The notes under the pieces: generated by a model
What the model was told of the DNA's origin: nothing
The model's input: only the letters and a program-made list of their open reading frames with translations
Database searches by the model: none
Position numbers and translations under genes: made by a program
Origin: Acholeplasmataceae bacterium
Lineage (GTDB): Bacteria > Bacillota_I > Bacilli_A > Acholeplasmatales > UBA5453
DNA: 64,000 nucleotides
Direction: 5' to 3'
Assembly (NCBI GenBank): GCA_012800005.1
Contig: JAAZKC010000006.1
Span: forward strand, 7,436-71,435
Shown here: in pieces, positions 28,259 through 37,907 of the stretch
Numbering within the stretch: position 1 is the first letter of the stretch
Layout of the letters: each line of letters opens with the position of its first letter

Positions 28259-29318
28259 AACTTACAAGATAAAAATTTTCTTTTTTATAATAAAACATAA
28301 TAACATAGGTGGTAGTTGTAATTTCTTTAGTTAACTCATTAATTGTTTTTTCTTCCCAAATTAAATGAACATATTCAGGGTGATCAATAAAAGGGTTTCT
28401 ATTTCCTTGTGGGGAAATTTCTTTACCATTTTGATCTTTAGCGATTCCTTCAAAAATAAAATTGTTTCTATTTCTTTCAAATTCACTTACAGGATCTTCC
28501 TTGTGCCACTTTAAAAGAAGATCTTTTTTTCCCATAAATGCTCTTTCTAAAGTATAATTAGTATCTGGATTATTAGTTAAGTTATCGATTATATTAGTTA
28601 ATTCTAAATCAGGATACATAGTAATCATATAAAAAAGTATTCTTGCAACATCGCCTTTATGGTCATCACCAGGATAAAAAGCTTCTGTTCCTATAGTAGT
28701 AGCCTTGCCGCTTCCTTCTTCAAAGTATCTATTACTTCTAGTTTGGTTAATACCGGTAATCGCTCTTAAGTTATGTAAGTCAGAAGCGATACCTTTATAA
28801 CTGTTGGTTATATTTTTTGAAGTATAATCACCAAGTTTAGAGTTTGGCCAAACATGTTCTCTTTGCCAAGCACCATCACCTTTTCCAATCCAATAATTGG
28901 CAATAATATCATTATCGTAAATACCTATTACTTTAGTTTCATCATTTGGATCTCTATCAGAATAAGATAAAATATATCTTGCATCCCCATAACTCACTTT
29001 ATTAAAATCTTTTTGAATTATTGTCCTTAATTCTAAGAAAAGTTCATTACCTATTTTATTGTTGGCAGTTTCATAATAACCGCCAGGAGCTTCTAAACTA
29101 TAAAAATAATAACCCTGTTCATTTTGTTCGCTTGAATAAACAATTGGCTTTTTTTCAGGGGTTAAATAACTCATAACTTTATCTCCGTAAAAATAAAAGA
29201 CAACTAATGCTCCAACGATTAAAATAAGAGCTAAGATAAGAACGGAAATAGGAAGTTTTTTAAGTTTTTTTACATGTTTCTTTTTAATGACTGTTTTTTT
29301 AGGTTTCTTTTTAGCCAC
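28257..29318 (-). CDS. Membrane-anchored endonuclease I (EndA/Vvn family) extracellular nuclease
   Basis: A Lys-rich N-terminus plus the TM segment 'LPISVLILALILIVGALVVFYFY'. Family motifs 'REHVWPNS', 'DLHNLRAI..INQTRSN' and 'GNRNPFIDHPEY'. Confidence 0.8.
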   Translation of the reverse strand: MAKKKPKKTVIKKKHVKKLKKLPISVLILALILIVGALVVFYFYGDKVMSYLTPEKKPIVYSSEQNEQGYYFYSLEAPGGYYETANNKIGNELFLELRTIIQKDFNKVSYGDARYILSYSDRDPNDETKVIGIYDNDIIANYWIGKGDGAWQREHVWPNSKLGDYTSKNITNSYKGIASDLHNLRAITGINQTRSNRYFEEGSGKATTIGTEAFYPGDDHKGDVARILFYMITMYPDLELTNIIDNLTNNPDTNYTLERAFMGKKDLLLKWHKEDPVSEFERNRNNFIFEGIAKDQNGKEISPQGNRNPFIDHPEYVHLIWEEKTINELTKEITTTTYVIMFYYKKENFYLVS

Positions 29319-29423
29319 AATATCACTCCTTTAAAAAATATTATACATTAAAAGACTGTATTTTTTAAATAAATATAGCACCTTATTTAAAAAATGAAAT
29401 ATTATCGTTTTTAACAGTTTTTG

Positions 29424-29452
29424 TTGCAATATCATTTTCTTTAATTTATAAT
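29424..29452 (+). promoter_or_regulatory. Promoter of the frameshifted membrane protein gene (TTGCAA-N17-TATAAT)
   Basis: TTGCAA at 29424-29429 and TATAAT at 29447-29452. Confidence 0.55.
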
Positions 29453-29514
29453 AGGGAATGGTTTTTTGGCTAGATAACCAAAGATTTATATTATTGACGA
29501 GGTACAATTAATTT

Positions 29515-30311
29515 ATGGATATTATCAAAGAGTTTTTCGGAATTGGTGGCTATAAGCGTAGAGTAGAGGGTGCTTGGAGTTTAGAACATATTTTATTTAC
29601 AACTGCTTTCGTAGTAGTAATGATTTTTTAGGGATTTTTCTTGGATTTAAATATAGAAATAATAGAAAAGTAAAAAGAAGAACGATTATAGTTGCGGCTA
29701 TTTCTATTAATGCAATAGAAATTTTCAAGATTATTATACTTAGTATTAGAAATGGCAATGTATTAGATACAATTTTACAAACTTTACCACTTTTTCTGTG
29801 TTCGATTATGTTAATTGCGTTACCACTTGCTGCTTTTACAAAAGGAAAATTAAAAGAAGCTTCTTTAGATCTTGTGTTAATTTTTGGTTTTATTGGGGGC
29901 ACTCTTGGTACAATTGGTGCTGCACATGACTATAATAATTATCCTGTTTTATCTATCGATAATTTTGCAAGCGCAATAACTCATTGTATAGCAGCATTTT
30001 CTTCTATTTTTATTGGAATTACAAAAATGGCATCTTTAAAAACTAAAAATATGTGGATTGGTATCACTATTTTATTAGGGGTTGCTACGTTAGCACAAAT
30101 TGCTAATTTAACCATTCCTCATAATTATATGTTTTTAGAAAGTGATGATGGTACGCCTTATGTAATTGTTACTACGATTGTTAATGGCAATAAAATTCTT
30201 TATAAAAGTTTTATTGTGGGTTTATTAGTACTCTTAATATTGATATTTTATACGATTAAAATAATAGTCGACAAAAAAGCTAAAAAACAATATTCGTCTG
30301 TTTATTTTTAA
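29515..30311 (+). pseudogene. Polytopic membrane protein gene interrupted by a frameshift in a T6 tract
   Basis: The ATG at 29515 opens 38 codons (MDIIKEFFGIGGYKRRVEGAWSLEHILFTTAFVVVMIF) that end at TAG 29629-29631. The long ORF continues in another frame from the same point (LGIFLGFKYRNN...). One extra T in the T6 run at 29624-29629 would join them. Confidence 0.65.
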
Positions 30312-30389
30312 AACAATTGAAATTAAATATAAATAAAAGATAATAGAAATATGTAAAAAAAAGAAACACTTAAATAAAAGGTTTTAATC

Positions 30390-30418
30390 TTGTATGACAT
30401 GTTTCTTTTTGTTATAAT
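30390..30418 (+). promoter_or_regulatory. pyrG promoter (TTGTAT-N17-TATAAT, TGt extended -10)
   Basis: TTGTAT at 30390-30395 and tgtTATAAT at 30410-30418. The predicted start falls at GGGC, 30425-30428. Confidence 0.6.
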
Positions 30419-30424
30419 AATTAA

Positions 30425-30468
30425 GGGCAACCGATTAATAAGTCTCCTTTGGGGCTTTTTATTTTTAT
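30425..30468 (+). promoter_or_regulatory. pyrG leader attenuator (GGGC initially transcribed sequence plus a pyrimidine-rich terminator hairpin)
   Basis: GGGC lies 7 nt after the -10. The hairpin aaGUCUCC-UUU-GGGGCUU (30440-30457) is followed by UUUUAUUUUUAUU and sits just before the AGGAGG RBS. Confidence 0.5.
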
Positions 30469-30480
30469 TAGGAGGGTTTT

Positions 30481-32109
30481 ATGAAAACTAAGTTTATCTT
30501 TGTAACCGGCGGAGTTGTATCTTCATTAGGTAAAGGGATAATGGCCTCTAGTGTAGGACAACTACTTAAAAATAGAGGTTTTAAAATCTTTATGCAAAAA
30601 TTTGATCCTTATATTAATGTCGATCCTGGTACAATGAGTCCATATCAACATGGAGAGGTTTTTATTACTGATGATGGCGCTGAAACGGATTTAGATTTAG
30701 GACACTATGAGCGTTTCTTAGATGAAAATTTATCAAAAGAATCATCAGTATCAACAGGGAAAATTTATTCTACAGTTATTGAAAATGAAAGAAGAGGGAA
30801 ATACTTAGGGGCGACCATTCAAGTAATTCCTCATATTACTGATGAGATAAAAAGGCGTATTTTACTTGCGGCAACTTCATCAAAAGCAGATGTAGTAATT
30901 ACGGAAATTGGGGGAACGGTTGGGGATATTGAATCACTCCCTTTTTTAGAGGCAATAAGACAAGTAAGAATTGATTTAGGCTATGAAAACACGTTATTTA
31001 TTCATACAACATTACTCCCTTTTTTAAGGGCTGCAAATGAAATTAAAACAAAACCGACTCAACACTCAGTAAGCGAACTTAAGAGTTTAGGAATAACACC
31101 AGACTTTATTGTTTTAAGAAGTGAGGTTCCGATAAGTGAGGAGATTAAAGAAAAAATTTCTCTATTTACAGATGTTAAAAAAGAGAAAGTTTTTGAATCA
31201 GTTGATGTTGATATTATTTATAAAATGATACTTAATCTTAAAAAACAAAATATCGATGACTATATTTTAGAACATTTTAATTTAACCCCTAAAAAAGAAT
31301 CAGATTTAAGCAGTTGGAGTTCTTTAATTGAAAAAATTAGTTTACTCAAAAAGAGTGTAACAATTGGTTTAGTAGGGAAATATGTAAGTTTGCATGACGC
31401 TTATTTATCCGTTAGTGAAGCGTTATCCCATGCAGGATATCATTTAGATAGACATATAAAAATCATATGGTTAGACAGTGAAAAAATCACTGAAGAAAAC
31501 GCTCAAGAAACATTAAGTCCCCTTGATGGAATATTAATTCCTGGTGGGTTTGGTAAGAGGGGTACTGATGGAAAGATTGTTGCGATAAAGTATGCAAGAG
31601 AAAACAATATTCCATTACTGGGCATTTGTTTAGGAATGCAATTAGCATTAATTGAATTTGGAAGAAATGTTGTAGGAATTAAAGATGCAACTTCAAGTGA
31701 ATTCCATCCACACACGAAATATGCAATAATTGATCTATTAAAAGGTCAAGATTTAGAAAAAATTGGCGGAACTCAAAGATTAGGTTTACATGAATTTAAA
31801 TTAAAACCAAAAACATTAGCTTACAAATTATATAGGAAAACTAAAGTAAAAGAAAGACACAGACATCGTTATGAATTTAATTTAGAGTATAAAGAGCAAT
31901 TTGAACGTCATGGTTTAGTCTTTAGTGGTATAAATGAATTATATGGTGGCTGTGAAATAATGGAATATCCTAAAAATGACTTCTTTATTTGTAGTCAGTT
32001 TCACCCAGAATTTATTAGCAGACCTTTAAAACCACATCCTTTATTTTGTGGATTTGTGAAAGCGGCTAAAAGATATAGTAAAAATAAGAAAAGTTGTAAT
32101 AGAAACTAA
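30481..32109 (+). CDS. pyrG: CTP synthase
   Basis: '[16 protein letters not shown]', '[12 protein letters not shown]', and the glutaminase triad region 'GICLGMQ' ... 'HRHRYE'. Confidence 0.97.
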   Translation: MKTKFIFVTGGVVSSLGKGIMASSVGQLLKNRGFKIFMQKFDPYINVDPGTMSPYQHGEVFITDDGAETDLDLGHYERFLDENLSKESSVSTGKIYSTVIENERRGKYLGATIQVIPHITDEIKRRILLAATSSKADVVITEIGGTVGDIESLPFLEAIRQVRIDLGYENTLFIHTTLLPFLRAANEIKTKPTQHSVSELKSLGITPDFIVLRSEVPISEEIKEKISLFTDVKKEKVFESVDVDIIYKMILNLKKQNIDDYILEHFNLTPKKESDLSSWSSLIEKISLLKKSVTIGLVGKYVSLHDAYLSVSEALSHAGYHLDRHIKIIWLDSEKITEENAQETLSPLDGILIPGGFGKRGTDGKIVAIKYARENNIPLLGICLGMQLALIEFGRNVVGIKDATSSEFHPHTKYAIIDLLKGQDLEKIGGTQRLGLHEFKLKPKTLAYKLYRKTKVKERHRHRYEFNLEYKEQFERHGLVFSGINELYGGCEIMEYPKNDFFICSQFHPEFISRPLKPHPLFCGFVKAAKRYSKNKKSCNRN

Positions 32110-32147
32110 AAAAAGCGTATAATAATATATGAATGGAGGTATAAATT

Positions 32148-33011
32148 ATGTTAGTTAATGCAAAAGAAATGTTAAAAAAAGCTCGTAAAGAAGGGTATGC
32201 GGTAGCGCAAATCAACATTAATAACTTAGAATGGACAAAAAGCGCGCTACAAGTTGCGGAAGAATTAAAATCACCAATAATTTTAGGAGTTAGTGAAGGA
32301 GCCGCAAGGTATATGGGTGGTTTTAGAACCGTTATGGCAATGGTTAGAGAACTTCATGACTATTTAGGAATTACCGTACCAGTGGCGGTTCATTTAGATC
32401 ATGGGACATATGAAGGTTCATTAAAAGCTTTAGAGGCTGGATTTACTTCAATTATGTTTGATGGGTCACATTATCCAATTGAAGAAAATGTTGCTAAAAC
32501 AAAAGAAGTTGTAAGACTTGCTCATGCAAAAGGAGTTTCTGTTGAGGCAGAAGTTGGTGGTATTGGTGGAGAAGAAGATGGTGTGGTTTCTGCTGGAGAA
32601 CAAGCAGATGTTGAAGAGTGCCGTTTAGTGGCTTCATTAGGTGTTGATATGTTTGCTGCTGGAATTGGTAATATTCATGGTAAATATCCTAAAAACTGGA
32701 AAGGTTTAAATTTTGAATTATTAGAAGAAATCGCTAATGTTACTAAAGGTATTCCACTTGTGTTACATGGAGGAACAGGAATTCCAGAAGAACAAGTATT
32801 AAAATCTATTAAATTAGGTGTTTCAAAAATTAACGTAAATACTGAATGTCAATTAGCTTTCGCTGATGCAACAAGAAAATATATTGAAGCAGGAAAAGAC
32901 TTAGAAGGCAAAGGATACGATCCAAGAAAATTACTAGCTCCAGGTGCTGAAGCAATTAAAGAAGTGGTAAGAGAAAAATTAAGGGTTTACGGTTCAGTAG
33001 AAAAAGCATAA
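32148..33011 (+). CDS. fba: Fructose-bisphosphate aldolase, class II
   Basis: 'VAVHLDHG', 'GGIGGEEDG' and 'LVLHGGTGIP'. Confidence 0.93.
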   Translation: MLVNAKEMLKKARKEGYAVAQININNLEWTKSALQVAEELKSPIILGVSEGAARYMGGFRTVMAMVRELHDYLGITVPVAVHLDHGTYEGSLKALEAGFTSIMFDGSHYPIEENVAKTKEVVRLAHAKGVSVEAEVGGIGGEEDGVVSAGEQADVEECRLVASLGVDMFAAGIGNIHGKYPKNWKGLNFELLEEIANVTKGIPLVLHGGTGIPEEQVLKSIKLGVSKINVNTECQLAFADATRKYIEAGKDLEGKGYDPRKLLAPGAEAIKEVVREKLRVYGSVEKA

Positions 33012-33030
33012 GTAAATAAAATGTAAAAAT

Positions 33031-33060
33031 AAAGGGGTTTCATTTGAAATCCCTTTTAAA
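33031..33060 (+). terminator. Intrinsic terminator after fba
   Basis: aaaggggtttca-tt-tgaaatcccttttaaa. Confidence 0.65.
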
Positions 33061-33115
33061 ATGCTTGAATTAAAAAATATCCAATGTATAATTGATTTAC
33101 ATGGAGGAGGTCTTT

Positions 33116-33661
33116 ATGCAAGATGTACTTTATAATGATTATGCTAGTTGGGTAATTGAAAAGTCAGAACTTTTCAATAAATTAACTCATCATAATTCTA
33201 TATTGCTAGAAAGGTATAAATATGCAAAAGAAGTAGTGAAACATTTATACCAAAAAAAACTAGATTTAAAAACACTAACTGAAGATGAAGAAGCAATCTT
33301 TTCTTTTGGTTTTTATTATTTGTTTGAAGAATTTGAACAAATTTCTACTATTTTAAATAAAACATATAATGGCGATATTAAAAGATTTAATGCTAACATA
33401 GATGCGATAAATTTATATTTAAGCGCAGTTGAATTTGAACAAGAAATTTATAACTCATTTCCTGATTTTGAAAAAGCAAAACCAATTATTGATTTAGAAT
33501 TTGAAATTCTTACATTAATAGAAAACGAAGAAAAAGTTTCTAAAGAAATGTATGAAAAATTTGATGAAATAAGCACGAAAATATTTACTGATTTAAAATT
33601 AGATTTTTATCCTATTAATGAAATATTTTTTGATATAGCGGATGAAATGGGTTTATTATAA
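33116..33661 (+). CDS. Hypothetical acidic cytoplasmic protein
   Basis: ATG at 33116 behind a GGAGGAGG RBS. No TM segment and no recognised motif. Confidence 0.5.
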   Translation: MQDVLYNDYASWVIEKSELFNKLTHHNSILLERYKYAKEVVKHLYQKKLDLKTLTEDEEAIFSFGFYYLFEEFEQISTILNKTYNGDIKRFNANIDAINLYLSAVEFEQEIYNSFPDFEKAKPIIDLEFEILTLIENEEKVSKEMYEKFDEISTKIFTDLKLDFYPINEIFFDIADEMGLL

Positions 33662-33697
33662 AAAACCTAAGCATTTTTAAGCCTAGGTTTTTTTATT
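33661..33697. terminator. Bidirectional terminator between the 33116 gene and lysS
   Basis: aaaaacctaagc-attttta-agcctaggttttttt is an imperfect stem flanked by A5 and T7 runs. Confidence 0.6.
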
Positions 33698-35162
33698 TGT
33701 GCCTCATGTGTGGAAATAATATTACATCTCTAATGCTTGCCGCATCTGCAAGTAACATTACAAATCTATCAATTCCAATTCCTACTCCACCAGTAGGTGG
33801 CATGCCATATTCTAATGCTTCTACGAAGTCCACATCCATTTCACTAGCTTCTTCATTACCAAGTTCACGCTCTTTTAGTTGTGCTTCAAATCTTTCTTTT
33901 TGATCAATTGGATCATTAAGTTCACTAAACGCATTAGCGTACTCTCTACTATCGATAAATAATTCAAAACGATCTGTAAAACGCGGATTTTTTTTATTTT
34001 TCTTTGCAAGTGGACTTATTTCAATTGGATATTCATAGATAAATGTTGGTTCTACAATGTTAGGTTCAACATATTTATCAAAGAAAGCCTCAATAATATG
34101 ACCAATGCCAAAGTGTTTTTCCACATTAATATCATACTCATTAGCTAATAATTTAGCTTCTTCTAAAGAAGTGACCTCTTTAAAATTTATATCAGTTTCT
34201 TTTTTAATTGCATCGCACATTGTAACTCTTCTAAATGGTGGCTTTAAAGAAATTTCTTTATCTTGATAAGTAATATCATAAGTTCCTAATACATCTTTTG
34301 TAACAGAAGATAGTAAGTTTTCTGTTAATTCCATCATTCCTTCCATATCAGTATAGGCTTGGTATGCTTCAACTGTGGTGAATTCAGGATTATGTTTAGA
34401 ACTCATACCTTCATTTCTAAAAAGTCTACCAATTTCATAAACTTTTTCTAATCCACCAACGATTAGTCTTTTTAAATGAAGTTCTGTCGCAATTCTTAAA
34501 TAGAAATTCATATCTAAAGTATTGTGATATGTTACAAATGGTCTAGCGGAAGCACCACCTAAAATACCTTGTAAGATAGGAGTTTCAACTTCAATAAAAC
34601 CTCTATTATCTAAATATCTTTGAAACGATCTAATTATTTTAGGTCTTAAAATAGCTATTTCGCGCGCTTTTTCATTAACGATTAAATCAACGTATCTACG
34701 CCTTCTCGCTTCTTCAATATCTTGTAATCCTCCCCATTTATCAGGTAGAGGTCTTAAAGCTTTTGTAAGGTGAGTATATTCTTTTGCCCAAACGGTTAAT
34801 TCATTAGTTTTAGTTCTAAAAAGGTGTCCTTCAATTCCAATAATATCACCTAAATCACTATGTTTAAATAAGTTAAAAGAAAACTCTCCTACATCATTAA
34901 ATCTTACATAAATTTGAATTCTACCATCTCTATCTTGAAGAGTAATAAAACCAGCTTTTCCTTGAACTCGTTTTAAAACTATCCTTCCTGCGACAATAAC
35001 CGTTTTATTAATTTGTTCTAACTCTTCTTTAGTGTATTTAGAGAACTCATCATGAATTTGTTTAGATAAATGAGTTCTATCAAAACGTTCTCCGAACGGA
35101 TTAACTCCTAATTCTTTTAATTCTTCAACTTTTTTAAACCTAAAAAGTTCTTGTTCAGTCAT
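33693..35162 (-). CDS. lysS: Lysyl-tRNA synthetase, class II
   Basis: An OB anticodon domain plus class II motifs 'FRNEG', 'EFTTVEAY' and 'GGVGIGIDRFVMLL'. I chose the ATG at 35162 over the track TTG at 35171. Confidence 0.95.
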   Translation of the reverse strand: MTEQELFRFKKVEELKELGVNPFGERFDRTHLSKQIHDEFSKYTKEELEQINKTVIVAGRIVLKRVQGKAGFITLQDRDGRIQIYVRFNDVGEFSFNLFKHSDLGDIIGIEGHLFRTKTNELTVWAKEYTHLTKALRPLPDKWGGLQDIEEARRRRYVDLIVNEKAREIAILRPKIIRSFQRYLDNRGFIEVETPILQGILGGASARPFVTYHNTLDMNFYLRIATELHLKRLIVGGLEKVYEIGRLFRNEGMSSKHNPEFTTVEAYQAYTDMEGMMELTENLLSSVTKDVLGTYDITYQDKEISLKPPFRRVTMCDAIKKETDINFKEVTSLEEAKLLANEYDINVEKHFGIGHIIEAFFDKYVEPNIVEPTFIYEYPIEISPLAKKNKKNPRFTDRFELFIDSREYANAFSELNDPIDQKERFEAQLKERELGNEEASEMDVDFVEALEYGMPPTGGVGIGIDRFVMLLADAASIRDVILFPHMRHK

Positions 35163-35189
35163 AATTATCAATCCTTTCTATTAAGGTTA

Positions 35190-35426
35190 TTAGTTTTCTT
35201 TTTCATCTATTAAATCATACATAGAATCAAACTGTGATATAGAAGTAACTTTCACAGTAATTGATTTTTTTTTAAAGTTAATTTTAATAATATCGCCTAT
35301 ACTAAGTTTATATGATGGTTTAACGATTTTATCATTAACATATACAAAACTATTTTCTGCTGCTTCTTTAGCGACAACACGCCTTTTAATTAATCTCGAT
35401 TGTTTTAAATACTTATCTAATCTCAT
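35190..35426 (-). CDS. rqcP: S4-domain RNA-binding protein, YabO/RqcP-like
   Basis: '[24 protein letters not shown]' closely follows the B. subtilis YabO N-terminus. 78 aa, overlapping the ftsH stop by 4 nt. Confidence 0.6.
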   Translation of the reverse strand: MRLDKYLKQSRLIKRRVVAKEAAENSFVYVNDKIVKPSYKLSIGDIIKINFKKKSITVKVTSISQFDSMYDLIDEKEN

Positions 35427-37351
35427 GATAATAGCTTATCTTCCGCTTGAATGTGAGAAGAAAGAACTTCTTCATTATTATTTTCATTATTATAAGCACG
35501 TTTTAAAGTACCTGTTTCAACAATTTCATCAATATCTTGTTTAGTTAACGTTTCTACTTTTAATAAATATTTAGCAATTGTATCAAGAAGTTTTCTATGT
35601 TTAATAATAATCTCTGTTGCTTGAGTGTGAGCTTTGTTAATAATTTCTCTAACCTCCCTATCAATTTCTAAGGCAACTTGGTCAGAGAAGTTCTTTTCTT
35701 TAAAGTAATCCCTACCTAAAAATACATTACCACTATTTGATTCATATTGTACCGGACCTAAGTCACTCATCCCATATTCAGTAACCATCGCTCTAGCGAT
35801 TTTTGTGGCAGTTTGGAAGTCTTGATAAGCGCCAGTAGTCACATCACCAAAGACAATTTCTTCTGCGACTCTACCACCTAAATATCCAGTGATTCTCGCA
35901 AGAAGTGAAGTTTTAGTTTCTAAGAAAGTTTCCTCTTCAGGCATCATTAAGTTATATCCACCCGCTTGACCTCTCGCAACAATAGTAACTTTTTGAACAA
36001 TATTAGAACCTTCTAATTTAAGTCCAATTACTGCATGTCCTGCCTCATGATAAGCAATAACTTTTCTTTCTCTTTCGGTGACTTTACGGCTTCTTTTAGC
36101 TGGCCCTAACATCACCCTGTCCATCGCTTCATCCAAATCATCAATACTAATAACTTTTCTATTTCCTCTTGCGGCAAGTAACGCTGCTTCATTAAGTAAA
36201 TTTTCAATATCAGCACCACTAAATCCAGGAATTCGTTTAGAAAGATCTTCAAAATTAACATCATCATCCAAGCGTTTATTTCTTGCATGAACCTTTAAAA
36301 TTTCTTCTCTACCTTTCACATCAGGTAAGTCGATTGTAATTTGTCTATCGAAGCGACCAGGTCTAAGTAAGGCAGGATCTAAAACATCTGGACGGTTTGT
36401 CGCAGCCATAATGATAATTCCCGCATTTGGATTAAATCCATCCATTTCTACTAATAATTGGTTTAAAGTTTGTTCACGTTCATCGTGGCCTCCTCCCATA
36501 CCCGCACCACGCTGTCTACCAACTGCATCAATTTCATCAATAAAGATAATACATGGTGAGTTTTCTTTTGCGACTCTAAATAAGTCTCTTACTCTTGAAG
36601 CCCCAACTCCAACAAACATCTCAACAAAGTCAGAACCACTAATTGAGAAGAAAGGTACATTTGCTTCTCCCGCAACAGCTTTTGCGAGTAAAGTTTTACC
36701 CGTTCCTGGCGCCCCAACTAATAAGACACCCTTTGGAATTCTTGCCCCAATATCACGATATTTTTTAGGATATTTAAGGAAATCAATAATTTCTTCAAGC
36801 TCTTGTTTTTCTTCTTCAATACCCGCAACATCTTTAAATGTAACAGTTTTAACGCTAGCTAATCTTGCTCTTGATTTCGCAAAGTCAAAGGCTTGTTTAT
36901 TAGCGCCACCACCACTCATAGTTCTCCAAACAAAAACTCCCAAGATAACAAGTAAAATAATTGGAAGGATAATAGATAAAATATCCCAAAATGAAACCCC
37001 AGATCTTTCAATATACTTGACTTCAATACTGTGTGTACTTAAATCAATCGCTTCAATTCGCTCTGCCCAACCACTAGCAGTGACATAAAAATCATAAGTG
37101 AGTTTATCACCTTTATAAACTTTAACGCGGTAAGAAGTTAAGTCTGTTGCAACCACACTATAAGTAATAGTTGTTCCATTTAGTTCATCATTCTTAATTA
37201 AAGTTTCAAACTGAACTAGTGATAACCTTTCAGGTTCTTTAGCTTGAAAAAGTTTATTTAGAAAAAAGAAACTTCCAAATAAAATAATTGCGAATATAAT
37301 ATAAATTCCATATCCTCTTAAAGGCCTTTTATTTTGTTTTTTTTCATTCAT
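35423..37351 (-). CDS. ftsH: ATP-dependent zinc metalloprotease FtsH
   Basis: Two TM segments, Walker A 'GAPGTGKT', SRH '[18 protein letters not shown]' and Zn site 'HEAGHA'. Confidence 0.97.
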   Translation of the reverse strand: MNEKKQNKRPLRGYGIYIIFAIILFGSFFFLNKLFQAKEPERLSLVQFETLIKNDELNGTTITYSVVATDLTSYRVKVYKGDKLTYDFYVTASGWAERIEAIDLSTHSIEVKYIERSGVSFWDILSIILPIILLVILGVFVWRTMSGGGANKQAFDFAKSRARLASVKTVTFKDVAGIEEEKQELEEIIDFLKYPKKYRDIGARIPKGVLLVGAPGTGKTLLAKAVAGEANVPFFSISGSDFVEMFVGVGASRVRDLFRVAKENSPCIIFIDEIDAVGRQRGAGMGGGHDEREQTLNQLLVEMDGFNPNAGIIIMAATNRPDVLDPALLRPGRFDRQITIDLPDVKGREEILKVHARNKRLDDDVNFEDLSKRIPGFSGADIENLLNEAALLAARGNRKVISIDDLDEAMDRVMLGPAKRSRKVTERERKVIAYHEAGHAVIGLKLEGSNIVQKVTIVARGQAGGYNLMMPEEETFLETKTSLLARITGYLGGRVAEEIVFGDVTTGAYQDFQTATKIARAMVTEYGMSDLGPVQYESNSGNVFLGRDYFKEKNFSDQVALEIDREVREIINKAHTQATEIIIKHRKLLDTIAKYLLKVETLTKQDIDEIVETGTLKRAYNNENNNEEVLSSHIQAEDKLLS

Positions 37352-37360
37352 AATTAAAAC

Positions 37361-37903
37361 CTACTTATCATAAACACTTTCTTTTAATATTCCAACATAA
37401 GGTAAATTTCTATAAAATTCATTGTAATCAAGACCATAACCCACTACAAAGACTTTGGGAATGGTGATTCCAATGTATTTTGGAGTAAAGGGAATTAATC
37501 TTCCTTCTGGTTTATCTAAAAGAGTTACAACCTCAACACTTTTAGCACCTCTATGCCTTAATAACCTCACAACGGTATCTAAAGTTTTACCAGTATCAAC
37601 AATATCTTCACAAATAATAATATCTCTATTATAAACAGAAGTATTAATATCCATTCTAATCTTAATATCACCAGAAGAAGAAATTCCCCCATGATAACTC
37701 TTCACATCCATAAATTCAACTTCTACAGGAAGATCGATATATTTCATTAAATCGCTCATAAAAGGGATACAACCCTTTAATAATCCGAGAAGAATAGGAT
37801 TTTCTTTATCTTTATAATCTAGAGTTATTTGCTTACCTAGCTTAACACATAAATCTTTAATTTGTTTTTCCGTTACTATAACTTCTTTGATATCTTTTTT
37901 CAT
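37361..37903 (-). CDS. hpt: Hypoxanthine-guanine phosphoribosyltransferase
   Basis: I chose the ATG at 37903 (GGGGGT RBS) over the longer track ORF. PRPP motif 'IIICEDIVDTGKT'. Conserved tilS-hpt-ftsH order. Confidence 0.9.
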   Translation of the reverse strand: MKKDIKEVIVTEKQIKDLCVKLGKQITLDYKDKENPILLGLLKGCIPFMSDLMKYIDLPVEVEFMDVKSYHGGISSSGDIKIRMDINTSVYNRDIIICEDIVDTGKTLDTVVRLLRHRGAKSVEVVTLLDKPEGRLIPFTPKYIGITIPKVFVVGYGLDYNEFYRNLPYVGILKESVYDK

Positions 37904-37907
37904 TTTA

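Noticed and set aside
36411-37088. 225-aa plus-strand ORF inside ftsH (and the similar 36078-36290 ORF)
   Set aside because: It is antisense to the conserved FtsH AAA domain, with Ser/Pro/Ala-rich nonsense composition and no start context.
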